From a virus, in the IMG/VR virus record IMGVR_UViG_3300024352_000023, positions 19,146 through 83,145 of that record: 64,000 nucleotides of DNA; one strand, 5' to 3'. Under the pieces are notes generated by a model. It was not told the DNA's origin. It saw only the letters and a program-made list of their open reading frames with translations, and did not search any database. Position 1 is the first letter of the stretch. Each line of letters starts with the position of its first letter. A program made the translations under genes and the position numbers. Below are positions 18,285 through 26,932 of the stretch, in pieces.

Positions 18285-19006
18285 TCTCAACCATCATTCG
18301 CAACCGAGCCAAGCACGTTTCCACCTGGGCCAACCAGCTGCAGAGCCTGTGTGATGTGCACCAGGATACCGTTTTTGATCTTGTTGTCCTGGAGAACGAC
18401 TCAAACGATGGTACCAAACAGGCGTTGAATGCAGTTGAGCCCCTGCTTAAAAAGAAACTGAACAAGGTCAACATTGCGATCCGCAACTTTGATTGGCCTT
18501 ACTTCCACTCCATCAAGGCAGAAGAACGGGTCAAGTACCTGGCCATGGCACGCAACAAGACCTTATCAATTGCCGATGAGATTGTTGGCCTAGAGGCTTA
18601 CGACAAGGTGATCTCCATCGAACCCGATGTGACGTACAGCACCGTAGACGTAGGCCGGATGATTCATTCTGACCTTGATATTGCATCTGGCTACAGTGTT
18701 CTACCCCAAGGCATGGGTGTACCGGACTGGATTTATGACAGCTGGGCTACCAGGGTTAATGCTGATGACTCCGAGTATTTCGGCCCCAAAATTTCGGAGC
18801 TCCCCGATTGTCTCCCCTTAGCGGCCACCTTCAATTGTTTCTGTGTTTACAAGGCAGATCCGATTGCACAAGGCATTCGTTTTTCGGAAATCAACCCAAA
18901 AACCAAGCAATGGGATTGTGATACCACTACCATCTGCATGGAATTTGCCAAGAGAGGGCATGACAGAATTGGTATGTACAAGGTACCAATCCTTCATAAG
19001 CCCTAA
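18272..19006 (+). CDS. Glycosyltransferase, GT-A fold
   Basis: ENDSNDGT, YLAMARNK, IEPD, YDSWATR, ATFNCFCVY; paralog-like to 15211-16059. Confidence 0.75.
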   Translation: MRCLISTIIRNRAKHVSTWANQLQSLCDVHQDTVFDLVVLENDSNDGTKQALNAVEPLLKKKLNKVNIAIRNFDWPYFHSIKAEERVKYLAMARNKTLSIADEIVGLEAYDKVISIEPDVTYSTVDVGRMIHSDLDIASGYSVLPQGMGVPDWIYDSWATRVNADDSEYFGPKISELPDCLPLAATFNCFCVYKADPIAQGIRFSEINPKTKQWDCDTTTICMEFAKRGHDRIGMYKVPILHKP

Positions 19007-19248
19007 TGTATATCGTTGCCCCTATAGTAAGAACACCCAAAGAATCCGAGATGTCTCTTTCTGCTCAAGTCAAAGAGTCTGTCATGCAGGCATCCGATAA
19101 CTTGCGTGATGCGATTGCATTTGCTGCCCGTGGTGAACACCCCATCGTGATCAGTATGTTGTCTGACATGATCACTAGGCTCGAATCCCTGGAGCAAATG
19201 GACGAAATCATGGAGAAGTTTGGTGGCCGAACAGAAAAGAAAATTTAG
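19006..19248 (+). CDS. Conserved cyanophage protein
   Basis: LSAQVKES...LRDAIAFAARGE; start may be ATG 19051. Confidence 0.6.
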   Translation: MYIVAPIVRTPKESEMSLSAQVKESVMQASDNLRDAIAFAARGEHPIVISMLSDMITRLESLEQMDEIMEKFGGRTEKKI

Positions 19249-19408
19249 GCAGCCAACGGAACAAGAAAGACTAGAAGAATACTTCTGGCAGTTAGAACGA
19301 CTGATACCCAATCCTCCAAAGGATTGGGCTAAGTCTGCTCGTCCATGTAAGTGGGCTAAAATATTAGAAGAGAAGAAAAATAATCCTGATGTCTCAGGAG
19401 AGTGGTAA
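19220..19408 (+). CDS. Hypothetical protein
   Basis: Fills the gap between packed ORFs; start uncertain. Confidence 0.4.
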   Translation: MVAEQKRKFRQPTEQERLEEYFWQLERLIPNPPKDWAKSARPCKWAKILEEKKNNPDVSGEW

Positions 19409-19673
19409 GTATACGAAACCAGAGTTACGCGAGCGTATCAAAGATCGTGTGATGGCTGGATCGAAGGGCGGAAAGCCTGGGCAGTGGTCTGCCCGTAAGG
19501 CTCAGCTTGTGGCCCAGGAGTATAAGGAAGCAGGCGGCGGGTATAAAGGAGGTAAGGGTGAGAAGCAGAAGTCCCTGGAGAAGTGGGGCAAAGAGAAGTG
19601 GATGACGAAAGACGAATACGAGAAGCGCAGTAAAGCTAAGTCTGCTGCAAAGAAATACAAAGAGAGTAAGTGA
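19389..19673 (+). CDS. DUF5872-like protein, N-terminal half
   Basis: KYTKPELRERIK...GGKPGQWSARKAQL...YK..GGGY. Confidence 0.7.
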   Translation: MSQESGKYTKPELRERIKDRVMAGSKGGKPGQWSARKAQLVAQEYKEAGGGYKGGKGEKQKSLEKWGKEKWMTKDEYEKRSKAKSAAKKYKESK

Positions 19674-20632
19674 TGGGTAACTTATTTCAACAGCTTTTAA
19701 ATAAGGTTAACCGTGGTTACGGTCAAGCAGACAAGAATTTATTTGGTGGGTTGTTGCCTGGTGGTGCAGCAACACCTATAGGTGCAGCATTACAAAGATC
19801 AGGCATTCCTAAAAATAGACAGCCAAGTGATTTTGAGCGTAGGAAAGCATCATTAATTGATGCAGCGGCTACTGCCGTAAGTAATTCCCAACCTTTTGTT
19901 GAGAAAACAATTAAAGCATCTCCAGAATCGGTACAAGGTGCAATTGCTTCTGGATTAAATGCGCTTCCTTTTAGCGTTAACTTATTTGGTAGGTATTACA
20001 CAGGTTTAGGCGATAAGAATCTTCAGATACCCGAATCCGCAACTCGTGGCATTAAACAAGTTTTAGATACTTCTGTTGCAAACACTCAGAAAAGAATTAA
20101 AGAATCAGAATCAACAATAGAAAATTTATCTAGCATGTTGACTGCAGTTCGTAATAAACAATATCCACTTCAACAAGCAACTGCATCAGGTCCATTTGGT
20201 GGGTATGTACCACCAGCAGAAGAGATAAACAATGCTTTAGCCGAAGAAAAAAGTAAGTTAAACAGGATAAAACAAGGGGATATTCCTTTTTATGGTTACT
20301 CAGCAACTGACAGTAATCCTTTGACTTCACCTGCTACTTCTTTTGGAAGTCTGTGGTTTAGCCCAAATCAAAACGGATATAGATCAAACGAAAAATACGA
20401 TTTTGTTTACGGAGCTGCTGATGCAAAAGTTCCAAGTGGACCAGATCCAATGGGAGTTACCTTCTTAGATCCTTCTCAAGAAGCGGCTTTAAATGCTGCA
20501 ATGGGGATACAATTACCAGGAGGAAAAAAACAAATGGTCACAACAACAACGCATCCTCTTACCTTCTTTGGTCGTTCAGTTGTGATGAAGATGCCAGATA
20601 AATCGTTTACATATCCAATTAACATTCGTTAA
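19670..20632 (+). CDS. Hypothetical protein (AT-rich insert, possibly virion-internal)
   Basis: 320 aa ORF coupled to the upstream stop. Confidence 0.7.
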   Translation: MMGNLFQQLLNKVNRGYGQADKNLFGGLLPGGAATPIGAALQRSGIPKNRQPSDFERRKASLIDAAATAVSNSQPFVEKTIKASPESVQGAIASGLNALPFSVNLFGRYYTGLGDKNLQIPESATRGIKQVLDTSVANTQKRIKESESTIENLSSMLTAVRNKQYPLQQATASGPFGGYVPPAEEINNALAEEKSKLNRIKQGDIPFYGYSATDSNPLTSPATSFGSLWFSPNQNGYRSNEKYDFVYGAADAKVPSGPDPMGVTFLDPSQEAALNAAMGIQLPGGKKQMVTTTTHPLTFFGRSVVMKMPDKSFTYPINIR

Positions 20633-20634
20633 TT

Positions 20635-20835
20635 ATGGCTGATAAAGCTATACAAAAGGGATATACAAAGCGTTACCTCCCAGAGAGTGCGTGGGCTTCT
20701 TTATCCAAAGAAGAACGTCAGGAGACGGATCAAAAGAAACGTGCTGCTAGTCGAGAAGGAAAGCAATTTGTACCGAATACAGAGAAGGCAAAACAAGCCG
20801 GTCGTGCCGCCCGTCGTTATAAACAAAGTAAGTAA
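20635..20835 (+). CDS. DUF5872-like protein, C-terminal half
   Basis: TKRYLPESAWASLS.EE..TDQKK...GKQFVPNT. Confidence 0.7.
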   Translation: MADKAIQKGYTKRYLPESAWASLSKEERQETDQKKRAASREGKQFVPNTEKAKQAGRAARRYKQSK

Positions 20836-20866
20836 ATCTATAATCAAAAGAGATACTTAAAGATTC

Positions 20867-21034
20867 ATGGCACAAGCTAAAAAGCCAGCTGCAGGCAAGG
20901 CAGTTCCCCCTAAAGGTAGAGCGGTTCCTCCCAAAGGGAAAGCAGGTGCCACCGATAAGCAAGCTGCTGCTCGCGACAAGTTCAAAGAGATGATTGCAAA
21001 GAAGAAGGAAGCTGCCGCGAAGAAGAAAAAATAG
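20867..21034 (+). CDS. Small Lys/Ala/Pro-rich (histone H1-like composition) protein
   Basis: Manually read 55 aa MAQAKKPAAGKAVPPKGRAVPPKG...AAAKKKK; TATAAT at 20839. Confidence 0.65.
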   Translation: MAQAKKPAAGKAVPPKGRAVPPKGKAGATDKQAAARDKFKEMIAKKKEAAAKKKK

Positions 21035-21039
21035 TGATA

Positions 21040-21166
21040 TCCTGACACAGGAGCAATTCAGCTCTGGGACTAATAGTCGAAAAGTCCCTCCACGTTACGA
21101 ACGTGGCGCTTACGGCAGCTGAGTGAGAAGGAAGTTATGATCCCGGTATAACAACCGGGATTTTTT
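21040..21166 (+). ncRNA. Candidate structured RNA or attenuator ending in an intrinsic terminator
   Basis: Closing stem TTCAGCT/AGCTGAG, inner hairpins GGGACT/AGTCCC and CCACGT/ACGTGG, then ATCCCGGT/ACCGGGAT plus T-run. Confidence 0.45.
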
Positions 21167-21847
21167 GTGACTACTCTTGTAGCCAACGTACCACCAGTCA
21201 AGGTGTGGGTACGCAGGGAGTATTTACGTGATCTGCGGGATGGGCATGGTGAGTACACGCCCGGCTATTGGGTGACGTGTAAATCCCTTACGGGTCGTGC
21301 CCTGTACTTTGAGACCTACTTGACGGAGTACGGTGCGTTGTATGACAAGCTTCCTATCAGTGCATTTCTTGCATGGGATCCCAACCATCCGAAAAAACCA
21401 GAAAGTCCAACACCAGACCTGGAGCTAACTGACCTGCAGTTTTGGAATGGATTTGATCACGGGCTTACGGTCATTGAAAAGAACTTGATCTTCAATATGG
21501 AGTTTCAAGTGATGACGCGTAGTGCGGGTGTAATGAAGGGCACATACTTATTTACGATTGACAATTATCATCCTCATAGAAACGAACCCGATTTCTACTT
21601 TGCGGAGTTCCCCGATGAGCACAAATCCCATAACATTGTGGCTCTGGACAACGGTCAAATTGGTGCTTATCCCAATAACCGTTGCCGCATGTGCGATCCA
21701 TCACTGACCAATCACAACCTCAAGACCCCAGACTTCAAAGTATCTACCCGTTACTTTGATGTGGAGCATGCGCCCAAATGGGGACGCTTGGGCGAACAAG
21801 ATGATTACTTCTGGAAGACACCCAACGAAATAAACACAGAAAGTTAA
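21167..21847 (+). CDS. Conserved phage hypothetical protein
   Basis: LVANVPP..VWVRREYL.D...GHGE, GALYDKLPISAF, EHKSHN, YPNNR; a family I recognise from marine and freshwater phages. Confidence 0.8.
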   Translation: MTTLVANVPPVKVWVRREYLRDLRDGHGEYTPGYWVTCKSLTGRALYFETYLTEYGALYDKLPISAFLAWDPNHPKKPESPTPDLELTDLQFWNGFDHGLTVIEKNLIFNMEFQVMTRSAGVMKGTYLFTIDNYHPHRNEPDFYFAEFPDEHKSHNIVALDNGQIGAYPNNRCRMCDPSLTNHNLKTPDFKVSTRYFDVEHAPKWGRLGEQDDYFWKTPNEINTES

Positions 21848-21878
21848 CGTAATTAGAATAGAGAAAAGCAATACAGCA

Positions 21879-22586
21879 ATGGCGCGTTCTACTGATTTCC
21901 TTTATCGATACCGTGACGTTTTAAACAAGTTACGTTCTGATAAGGATTCTGGTTTATCCAATAAGCAGGAGCGCCGTACTGCGGCAAGGCAAGCACGTTC
22001 TGGCATCCGGAAAGATAAGGCTGCCGCCGCTGCTGCTGGTAATATTTATCAATCTCCTGCTGATAGAGCAGCTTCTGTTGCTGCCATTCCGCAAGAGTTC
22101 ATTGATCGTTATGGCTCTCAGGCAGGAAGTATGTATGCCAACAGCCAAGTTAAGAGCGCAGATCTGAACAAACAATACGCTGCCGTTGGTGCAACCCAAC
22201 AAGATATTGATCGTTACGGCAGTGATGCCTTAGATGTGGCGCGTGCACGTCAGTTAAACGAACTTCAAAAAAGTCGTGGTTTAGAAAGATTGACCGCTGG
22301 TTCACCAGAGCAACGTCAACAAGCTTTGGATGAAAGCTATCGGTTGGCGCAATCGGCTGGTATTCCTGCTGCCCGTGGATCCAAGGAAGCAACTCGTGAG
22401 TTCTATACCAAGGAGTTTGCAAAGTTTGGTGATAATCCAAACGTGTTTGGTATGAAGGATTTACTTGAGATGCGCAATCGTGGCGAGAGTGAAGGCGACA
22501 TTCGTCGTATGGCTTTAACCATTGGTGCCGTTGGTCCTCAGGCCCAGAAAGCATTAGGCCTTGGCTATTTGAACCGCAACTTCTGA
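21879..22586 (+). CDS. Hypothetical protein (possibly virion)
   Basis: 235 aa Ala/Arg/Gln-rich; TAGAAT at 21854. Confidence 0.7.
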   Translation: MARSTDFLYRYRDVLNKLRSDKDSGLSNKQERRTAARQARSGIRKDKAAAAAAGNIYQSPADRAASVAAIPQEFIDRYGSQAGSMYANSQVKSADLNKQYAAVGATQQDIDRYGSDALDVARARQLNELQKSRGLERLTAGSPEQRQQALDESYRLAQSAGIPAARGSKEATREFYTKEFAKFGDNPNVFGMKDLLEMRNRGESEGDIRRMALTIGAVGPQAQKALGLGYLNRNF

Positions 22587-22706
22587 TTTGACAAGTTGGT
22601 ATAATAAAAAAGTTCCCGCTCTCTTTTGATCGGGCTAAGTCCTGGGAAACCAGGCCGCCAGTTCTGAGGTCCGTCGTTGGTTGCGGGTTGCCTTCCCTGG
22701 CGTCAG

Positions 22707-22780
22707 CGAGAATTAGCGCAGTTTGGTAGCGCATCTGCTTTGGGAGCAGAGGGCCGCAGGTTCAAATCCTGCATTCTCGA
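22707..22780 (+). tRNA. trnP: tRNA-Pro(UGG), CCA not encoded
   Basis: Full cloverleaf: CGAGAAT/ATTCTCG acceptor, TCTGC-TT-TGG-GA-GCAGA anticodon arm, GGTTCAAATCC T-loop. Confidence 0.95.
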
Positions 22781-22855
22781 TTATTCAGATTCTCGATAAA
22801 TTGCGTTTATCAAGAATCCTGATAAATTATATTTACGCGTGCACAAAAACTATAC

Positions 22856-23134
22856 GTGGCTTGGGCTGATGCCAAAAAACGTATCGATAAGAATCGACAA
22901 AAGCTTCTGGAGTACAAGAAGACTTTGCAGTGCGAGAAGTGTGGGCTGGATGATCACCGCGTCCTTGAGTTCCACCACGTAGGTGATAAGGATAACAACA
23001 TTTCAAGTATGGTGAATCACGGTTACGCCTGGAGCAGGGTAGAGCAAGAGATCGAGAAGTGCATCCCTCTTTGCTGCAACTGCCATCGCCTGGAGCATTG
23101 GGAATCTAGTGTTCTTCAAACACATATTCCATAA
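22856..23134 (+). CDS. HNH endonuclease
   Basis: CEKCG, LEFHH, EIEKCIPLCCNCHRLEH. Confidence 0.85.
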   Translation: MAWADAKKRIDKNRQKLLEYKKTLQCEKCGLDDHRVLEFHHVGDKDNNISSMVNHGYAWSRVEQEIEKCIPLCCNCHRLEHWESSVLQTHIP

Positions 23135-23294
23135 TGCATCCATAGAGCTTGGACTTCATTTCAGCCAAGAACTCAACTTCAGGTGAATCAGTGTCCTCAG
23201 GAGGCCACTGTTCATGAACTGATTTAATTGTGTTGTAAAGAAACCGGAGACCTCTGATGTCCAGCTCAATAGTGCAAGCTGACTTGAAGGTCAT
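23106..23294 (-). CDS. Hypothetical protein
   Basis: Start MTFKS coupled to the dps stop; WPP motif. Confidence 0.55.
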   Translation of the reverse strand: MTFKSACTIELDIRGLRFLYNTIKSVHEQWPPEDTDSPEVEFLAEMKSKLYGCIMEYVFEEH

Positions 23295-23845
23295 CAACCA
23301 TTCCGCAGCGTTGCTTTGACAAACCAAGCAGCTTTAAAGGCTTGACCACAGAGGTCAGCCATGTAGTTCTGGATATCAATAGCACCGACCTTAGCAGCGA
23401 TGGGCTCCAGCTTTTTGGTCTTCATGCCCAGTTCTTCCAGGTTCTTGTAGTACGTGGCGAGTTGATCCGTACCTTTATAGCTGGTAACGTGTTGAATACC
23501 AGGGCCAGCATCAGCTAGACCCCTGGCGCACATTGGCAGCAGGTAGTCCATGCTGCGAATGAATTCAGCAAGCGTATCAAACTGAGTCTGATGAGCCTCG
23601 TATTGGTCTCCAAGGAATGCGTGCACCCCGAGGAAGTTCGACCCCTCGTAGTTCAGGTGAATCAGATGGGCCTGTGTCTGAAGTTCCTTGAGGTAGGAAC
23701 ACAGGGAGATGCACTGCTGGATGAATGCCCCGACATCACCATTCTTTGATTTACCAGGAGCTTTTGGCTTCTCTTGTGGCTGAGGAGCAGTTTGAGGAGC
23801 GGGGGTTTGAGCTACGGGAACCGTCTGGGGGCCGGGGGTATACAT
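23294..23845 (-). CDS. dps: Dps/ferritin-like DNA-binding protein
   Basis: HLIHLNYEGSNFLGVH.FL..QY....D.LAE.IR Dps-type motif; Pro/Gln-rich N-terminal tail. Confidence 0.8.
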   Translation of the reverse strand: MYTPGPQTVPVAQTPAPQTAPQPQEKPKAPGKSKNGDVGAFIQQCISLCSYLKELQTQAHLIHLNYEGSNFLGVHAFLGDQYEAHQTQFDTLAEFIRSMDYLLPMCARGLADAGPGIQHVTSYKGTDQLATYYKNLEELGMKTKKLEPIAAKVGAIDIQNYMADLCGQAFKAAWFVKATLRNG

Positions 23846-23871
23846 AGTCTTAATGCGCTTTTTCTAGTTTA

Positions 23872-25182
23872 TCAGCGAGAAACTTCTTCCCAATCCAATG
23901 CTGAGAAGACAGTATCACCATCTGATTTAGAGGCAACAGCAAAGATCAGTTCTGTTGGTGTACCTGTAAAAGAATCCCGTTCCAGCTGGTACTTAAACAG
24001 TTGATCAGTCGTCAGCTCTAATACGTTTTGGCCTTGTGTATTGGCGGAGATAAAACCTGCAGCTAGTGTGTTACCACCGGAGATGGAGACACCGCTGAGG
24101 TTGTATTCCACAGGAGAGTTCGTGCCAGCACTGGTCCACGTACCACCAGACACGGTACCGCCTTGGATAACCTTCCAGTTAAAGACAGCGTTGTTCCCTT
24201 GTCCAAGCATGCTTAACGCATTAGGAATGACAACAGCATCAAGACGTGTGGACTTCAGGCGGATGGCCGCCGCTGGATAGAACACACCACTGTTGGTGCA
24301 AACACGTGGCGAGTTAAGTGCGTTGGATGCAGAGTTGGCATCCCCACGAACTTGATACCCACCTTCTGAGATGACGGTGGAGCAGATTTGCTTGAGGGTA
24401 CCGCTTGCGCTGAGGGTATTCAGTGCCTCAATTTCGTAACGTGCCGGCAGAGTTGCTGTTGTGATGTAGGTACCAGGAACGATGTTGGCGTGGTGGAATG
24501 AATGGCAAAGGATGAATTGACCGTTGATCACAAAGCCAGTGCGGACGGTGCCGACACCAAGCCATTCGATATCAGCCCAGAAGATTTGAGACTTGGTTGG
24601 ATCCAGAGTGATCTTGGATTCACCACTACCGTTGAGCTTGTCACCATTCCAGCTGGACTGAGGGATGATGGTTTCAGTAACGGTGCCACTGACAGAGGAG
24701 CGTTCAACGATGGAATAGGTATCACCCGACTGCTGGAAGTAAATGCCATTGCCGCTGCTGAAGTAACCAGCCCGTTGCCGCAGGTTGGTTTGACCAGAGG
24801 ACATGACAAAGGTGTTCATGATCAGCAGGGATTTACCTGGCTGATACGGGAACACACGATTGGTTTCACGGTAGACCTTGGAACCCGATACGGTTCCAAC
24901 ACTCATGTTGACCAGGCCTTCGTTGCTGCTAAAGGTGACGGTACCGCTGGTGCCTGTGGATGTAGCCCAGTGGCCATTAACGCTATAGCGATGGCTGGAA
25001 TCAAAGAGTGTGAGTGGATTAGAGACGCGTAAACGTCCAAAGGCATCACCAGCTGTAGTCGCTGGTTGCATATAAACAGTATTGCCGCTTGCTGTAGTGA
25101 CCTCCAGTGGTTGCCCACTGCAGGTCTGAACTTTAACAACTTCGTATAAAAGGGGTTCCCCTGACTCTCTATAGATGGGCAT
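23872..25182 (-). CDS. Probable virion structural protein
   Basis: DAFGRLRVSNP.TLFDS, YQPGKS, WLGVG.VR.GF motifs of a widespread phage family; Ser/Thr/Gly-rich. Confidence 0.7.
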   Translation of the reverse strand: MPIYRESGEPLLYEVVKVQTCSGQPLEVTTASGNTVYMQPATTAGDAFGRLRVSNPLTLFDSSHRYSVNGHWATSTGTSGTVTFSSNEGLVNMSVGTVSGSKVYRETNRVFPYQPGKSLLIMNTFVMSSGQTNLRQRAGYFSSGNGIYFQQSGDTYSIVERSSVSGTVTETIIPQSSWNGDKLNGSGESKITLDPTKSQIFWADIEWLGVGTVRTGFVINGQFILCHSFHHANIVPGTYITTATLPARYEIEALNTLSASGTLKQICSTVISEGGYQVRGDANSASNALNSPRVCTNSGVFYPAAAIRLKSTRLDAVVIPNALSMLGQGNNAVFNWKVIQGGTVSGGTWTSAGTNSPVEYNLSGVSISGGNTLAAGFISANTQGQNVLELTTDQLFKYQLERDSFTGTPTELIFAVASKSDGDTVFSALDWEEVSR

Positions 25183-25185
25183 GAT

Positions 25186-25440
25186 TTATAGATCGTTTCT
25201 TTTTATTATCTCAGCCCTCCATTTTGCACGCAGGTGACCGTAGTCCCTTGGCTCTGTTACAGGGACATTATCAGCTTCGCAGATATCACAAGTTCCGTTG
25301 TGATAAGTAGCGCAATGATGAGGCGGACCAATGTAATACCCTTTTTTGTACCAGTTACCGTAGCTTGCTCCACAGTCATGGCAGATCTTTGTGGGGTAGT
25401 TGTCGTTATTGTACCGAGACATCTTTCTTGATAAGGTCAA
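25186..25440 (-). CDS. Small Cys-rich hypothetical protein
   Basis: CHDC and CDIC pairs, VTEPRDYGH. Confidence 0.6.
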   Translation of the reverse strand: MTLSRKMSRYNNDNYPTKICHDCGASYGNWYKKGYYIGPPHHCATYHNGTCDICEADNVPVTEPRDYGHLRAKWRAEIIKRNDL

Positions 25441-25693
25441 GGAGTGTTTTAGCTTTGTCGTACTCTTTCTTGCAATGCTCGTAGTTATCTTCTAGTGCTG
25501 TGATTAAACACTGATAGATCTGATCTGGCGTTAATTCACCAGCTGCTTCAACGATTGTGTCGCCAAAGCTATCAGTTGTTTTCTTGATTGGGTCATAGCT
25601 GTTGGCATTAAACCAAGTTTGCCATTCATTGATGGCATCAATAGGTTCGTGAGGATGTTCCATAGTACAAAGGACGCACCACCAGGGTGGCAC
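25406..25693 (-). CDS. Hypothetical protein
   Basis: Packed ORF; start probably MEHPH. Confidence 0.55.
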   Translation of the reverse strand: MPPWWCVLCTMEHPHEPIDAINEWQTWFNANSYDPIKKTTDSFGDTIVEAAGELTPDQIYQCLITALEDNYEHCKKEYDKAKTLLDLIKKDVSVQ

Positions 25694-25725
25694 GTCCAGT
25701 AAGTTTTGTTAGTTCAATGTAAGCA

Positions 25726-25995
25726 TTAAGCAACAATTTCTACAGGTTCAGTGACAGCCTGTAGCTTTCCTTCTTCATATTGGCGTACGGCATCCAACAT
25801 TTCGAAGTAACGATCCCGCATGATAGGACCTGCTTCACGGATGCAGAACTCTTGCCACAAACCGGTATAGAGTCCGACAATACCAGGGCCTGCATTGGCA
25901 CGACCAGAGCATTGATACATGTGCTCCATGAAGTCAGCTTTACGTTGCTCGGCGTTTACATCCCAGCCGGCAAGATAGTCAGTGTTCATGGTCAT
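25726..25995 (-). CDS. Hypothetical protein
   Basis: KADFMEHMYQCSGR..GLYTGLWQEF; coupled start/stop. Confidence 0.65.
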   Translation of the reverse strand: MTMNTDYLAGWDVNAEQRKADFMEHMYQCSGRANAGPGIVGLYTGLWQEFCIREAGPIMRDRYFEMLDAVRQYEEGKLQAVTEPVEIVA

Positions 25996-26189
25996 CAGTC
26001 GTCAGTTGCAATGGCGGTACAAGAAGTATAGACACCAGTGACCTGGTCCAGCTCAAAGAGAAGGTCATGCAATTCATCTTGCAGCGACTCAGCTATTTCT
26101 TCTGCCGTTTTGCCGCTGAAAGAATTGTATGTAACTTCAACGTCAACTGCAAATGACACAGTTAACTTAGGGACCGGTACAGTTTCCAT
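25995..26189 (-). CDS. Hypothetical protein
   Basis: Coupled to the downstream gene; AAAGGA upstream. Confidence 0.6.
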   Translation of the reverse strand: METVPVPKLTVSFAVDVEVTYNSFSGKTAEEIAESLQDELHDLLFELDQVTGVYTSCTAIATDD

Positions 26190-26224
26190 CCTTTGGATGT
26201 ATGGCGTATTAACTGTAGCAGTAT

Positions 26225-26632
26225 TTAGAAGAGAGTTCCGAAGTCAAAGTTACCCATATAACGACCAGCCAATGCTTGATTTGTAAAGATATCTGCAGCT
26301 TGGTTGGCAGTATTCAAGAACCCGCTACCTGTATAACCAAGCAGGTTACTAAGGCTTAAGTCATTAACACCAGGACGCCGTGGCCGCAACTCAGAAAGCT
26401 TACGGGCATAGCCACTTTCCCTTAGTGCGTTAACCAGTTCCCGTGCTTGGCCTGAAACGTCTTGTGCTTCTGTGATGTCACCACGACGACGGCTATTCTT
26501 TAGACGATACAGCGCTGTCTGTGCCACAGGACTGCTTTGATCCCATGCACCAGTGCTGCCAAGGGAACCTAAGGAATTCCAGGTTGATTCAGGGTTGCTA
26601 TAGCTTCTAGCAAGTTGGCCTGCGTAGCCCAT
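26225..26632 (-). CDS. Hypothetical protein carrying LAGRY (probable virion protein)
   Basis: 135 aa Gly/Ser/Ala-rich. Confidence 0.65.
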   Translation of the reverse strand: MGYAGQLARSYSNPESTWNSLGSLGSTGAWDQSSPVAQTALYRLKNSRRRGDITEAQDVSGQARELVNALRESGYARKLSELRPRRPGVNDLSLSNLLGYTGSGFLNTANQAADIFTNQALAGRYMGNFDFGTLF

Positions 26633-26633
26633 C

Positions 26634-26897
26634 TCAGTTACCTAACAGACGCTCGAGCGAATGTGCTTGGTGTTGCTGGTAGTAACCAAGCCGTTCTTGA
26701 ATCAAGTTGTAGTAGTTGATTGCAGCATCAACCATTTCTTCTGCATCCATTGAGGACGCAAGGTTTTCATTGGCAAGCATGGATGCCGTCAAGATGACGA
26801 CACCATGTTCCATTTTGGAACCAATGGTTGCAGACAATGGAGTCCCATCATTGGTAAAACCAGCGATCAACTTGTTCAGCACTGGATCACCGCCCAT
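26634..26897 (-). CDS. Hypothetical protein
   Basis: AGGAG RBS, 87 aa. Confidence 0.65.
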   Translation of the reverse strand: MGGDPVLNKLIAGFTNDGTPLSATIGSKMEHGVVILTASMLANENLASSMDAEEMVDAAINYYNLIQERLGYYQQHQAHSLERLLGN

Positions 26898-26932
26898 GGG
26901 ACTCCTGTCGTATCTACCTATTGTATTGCAGT

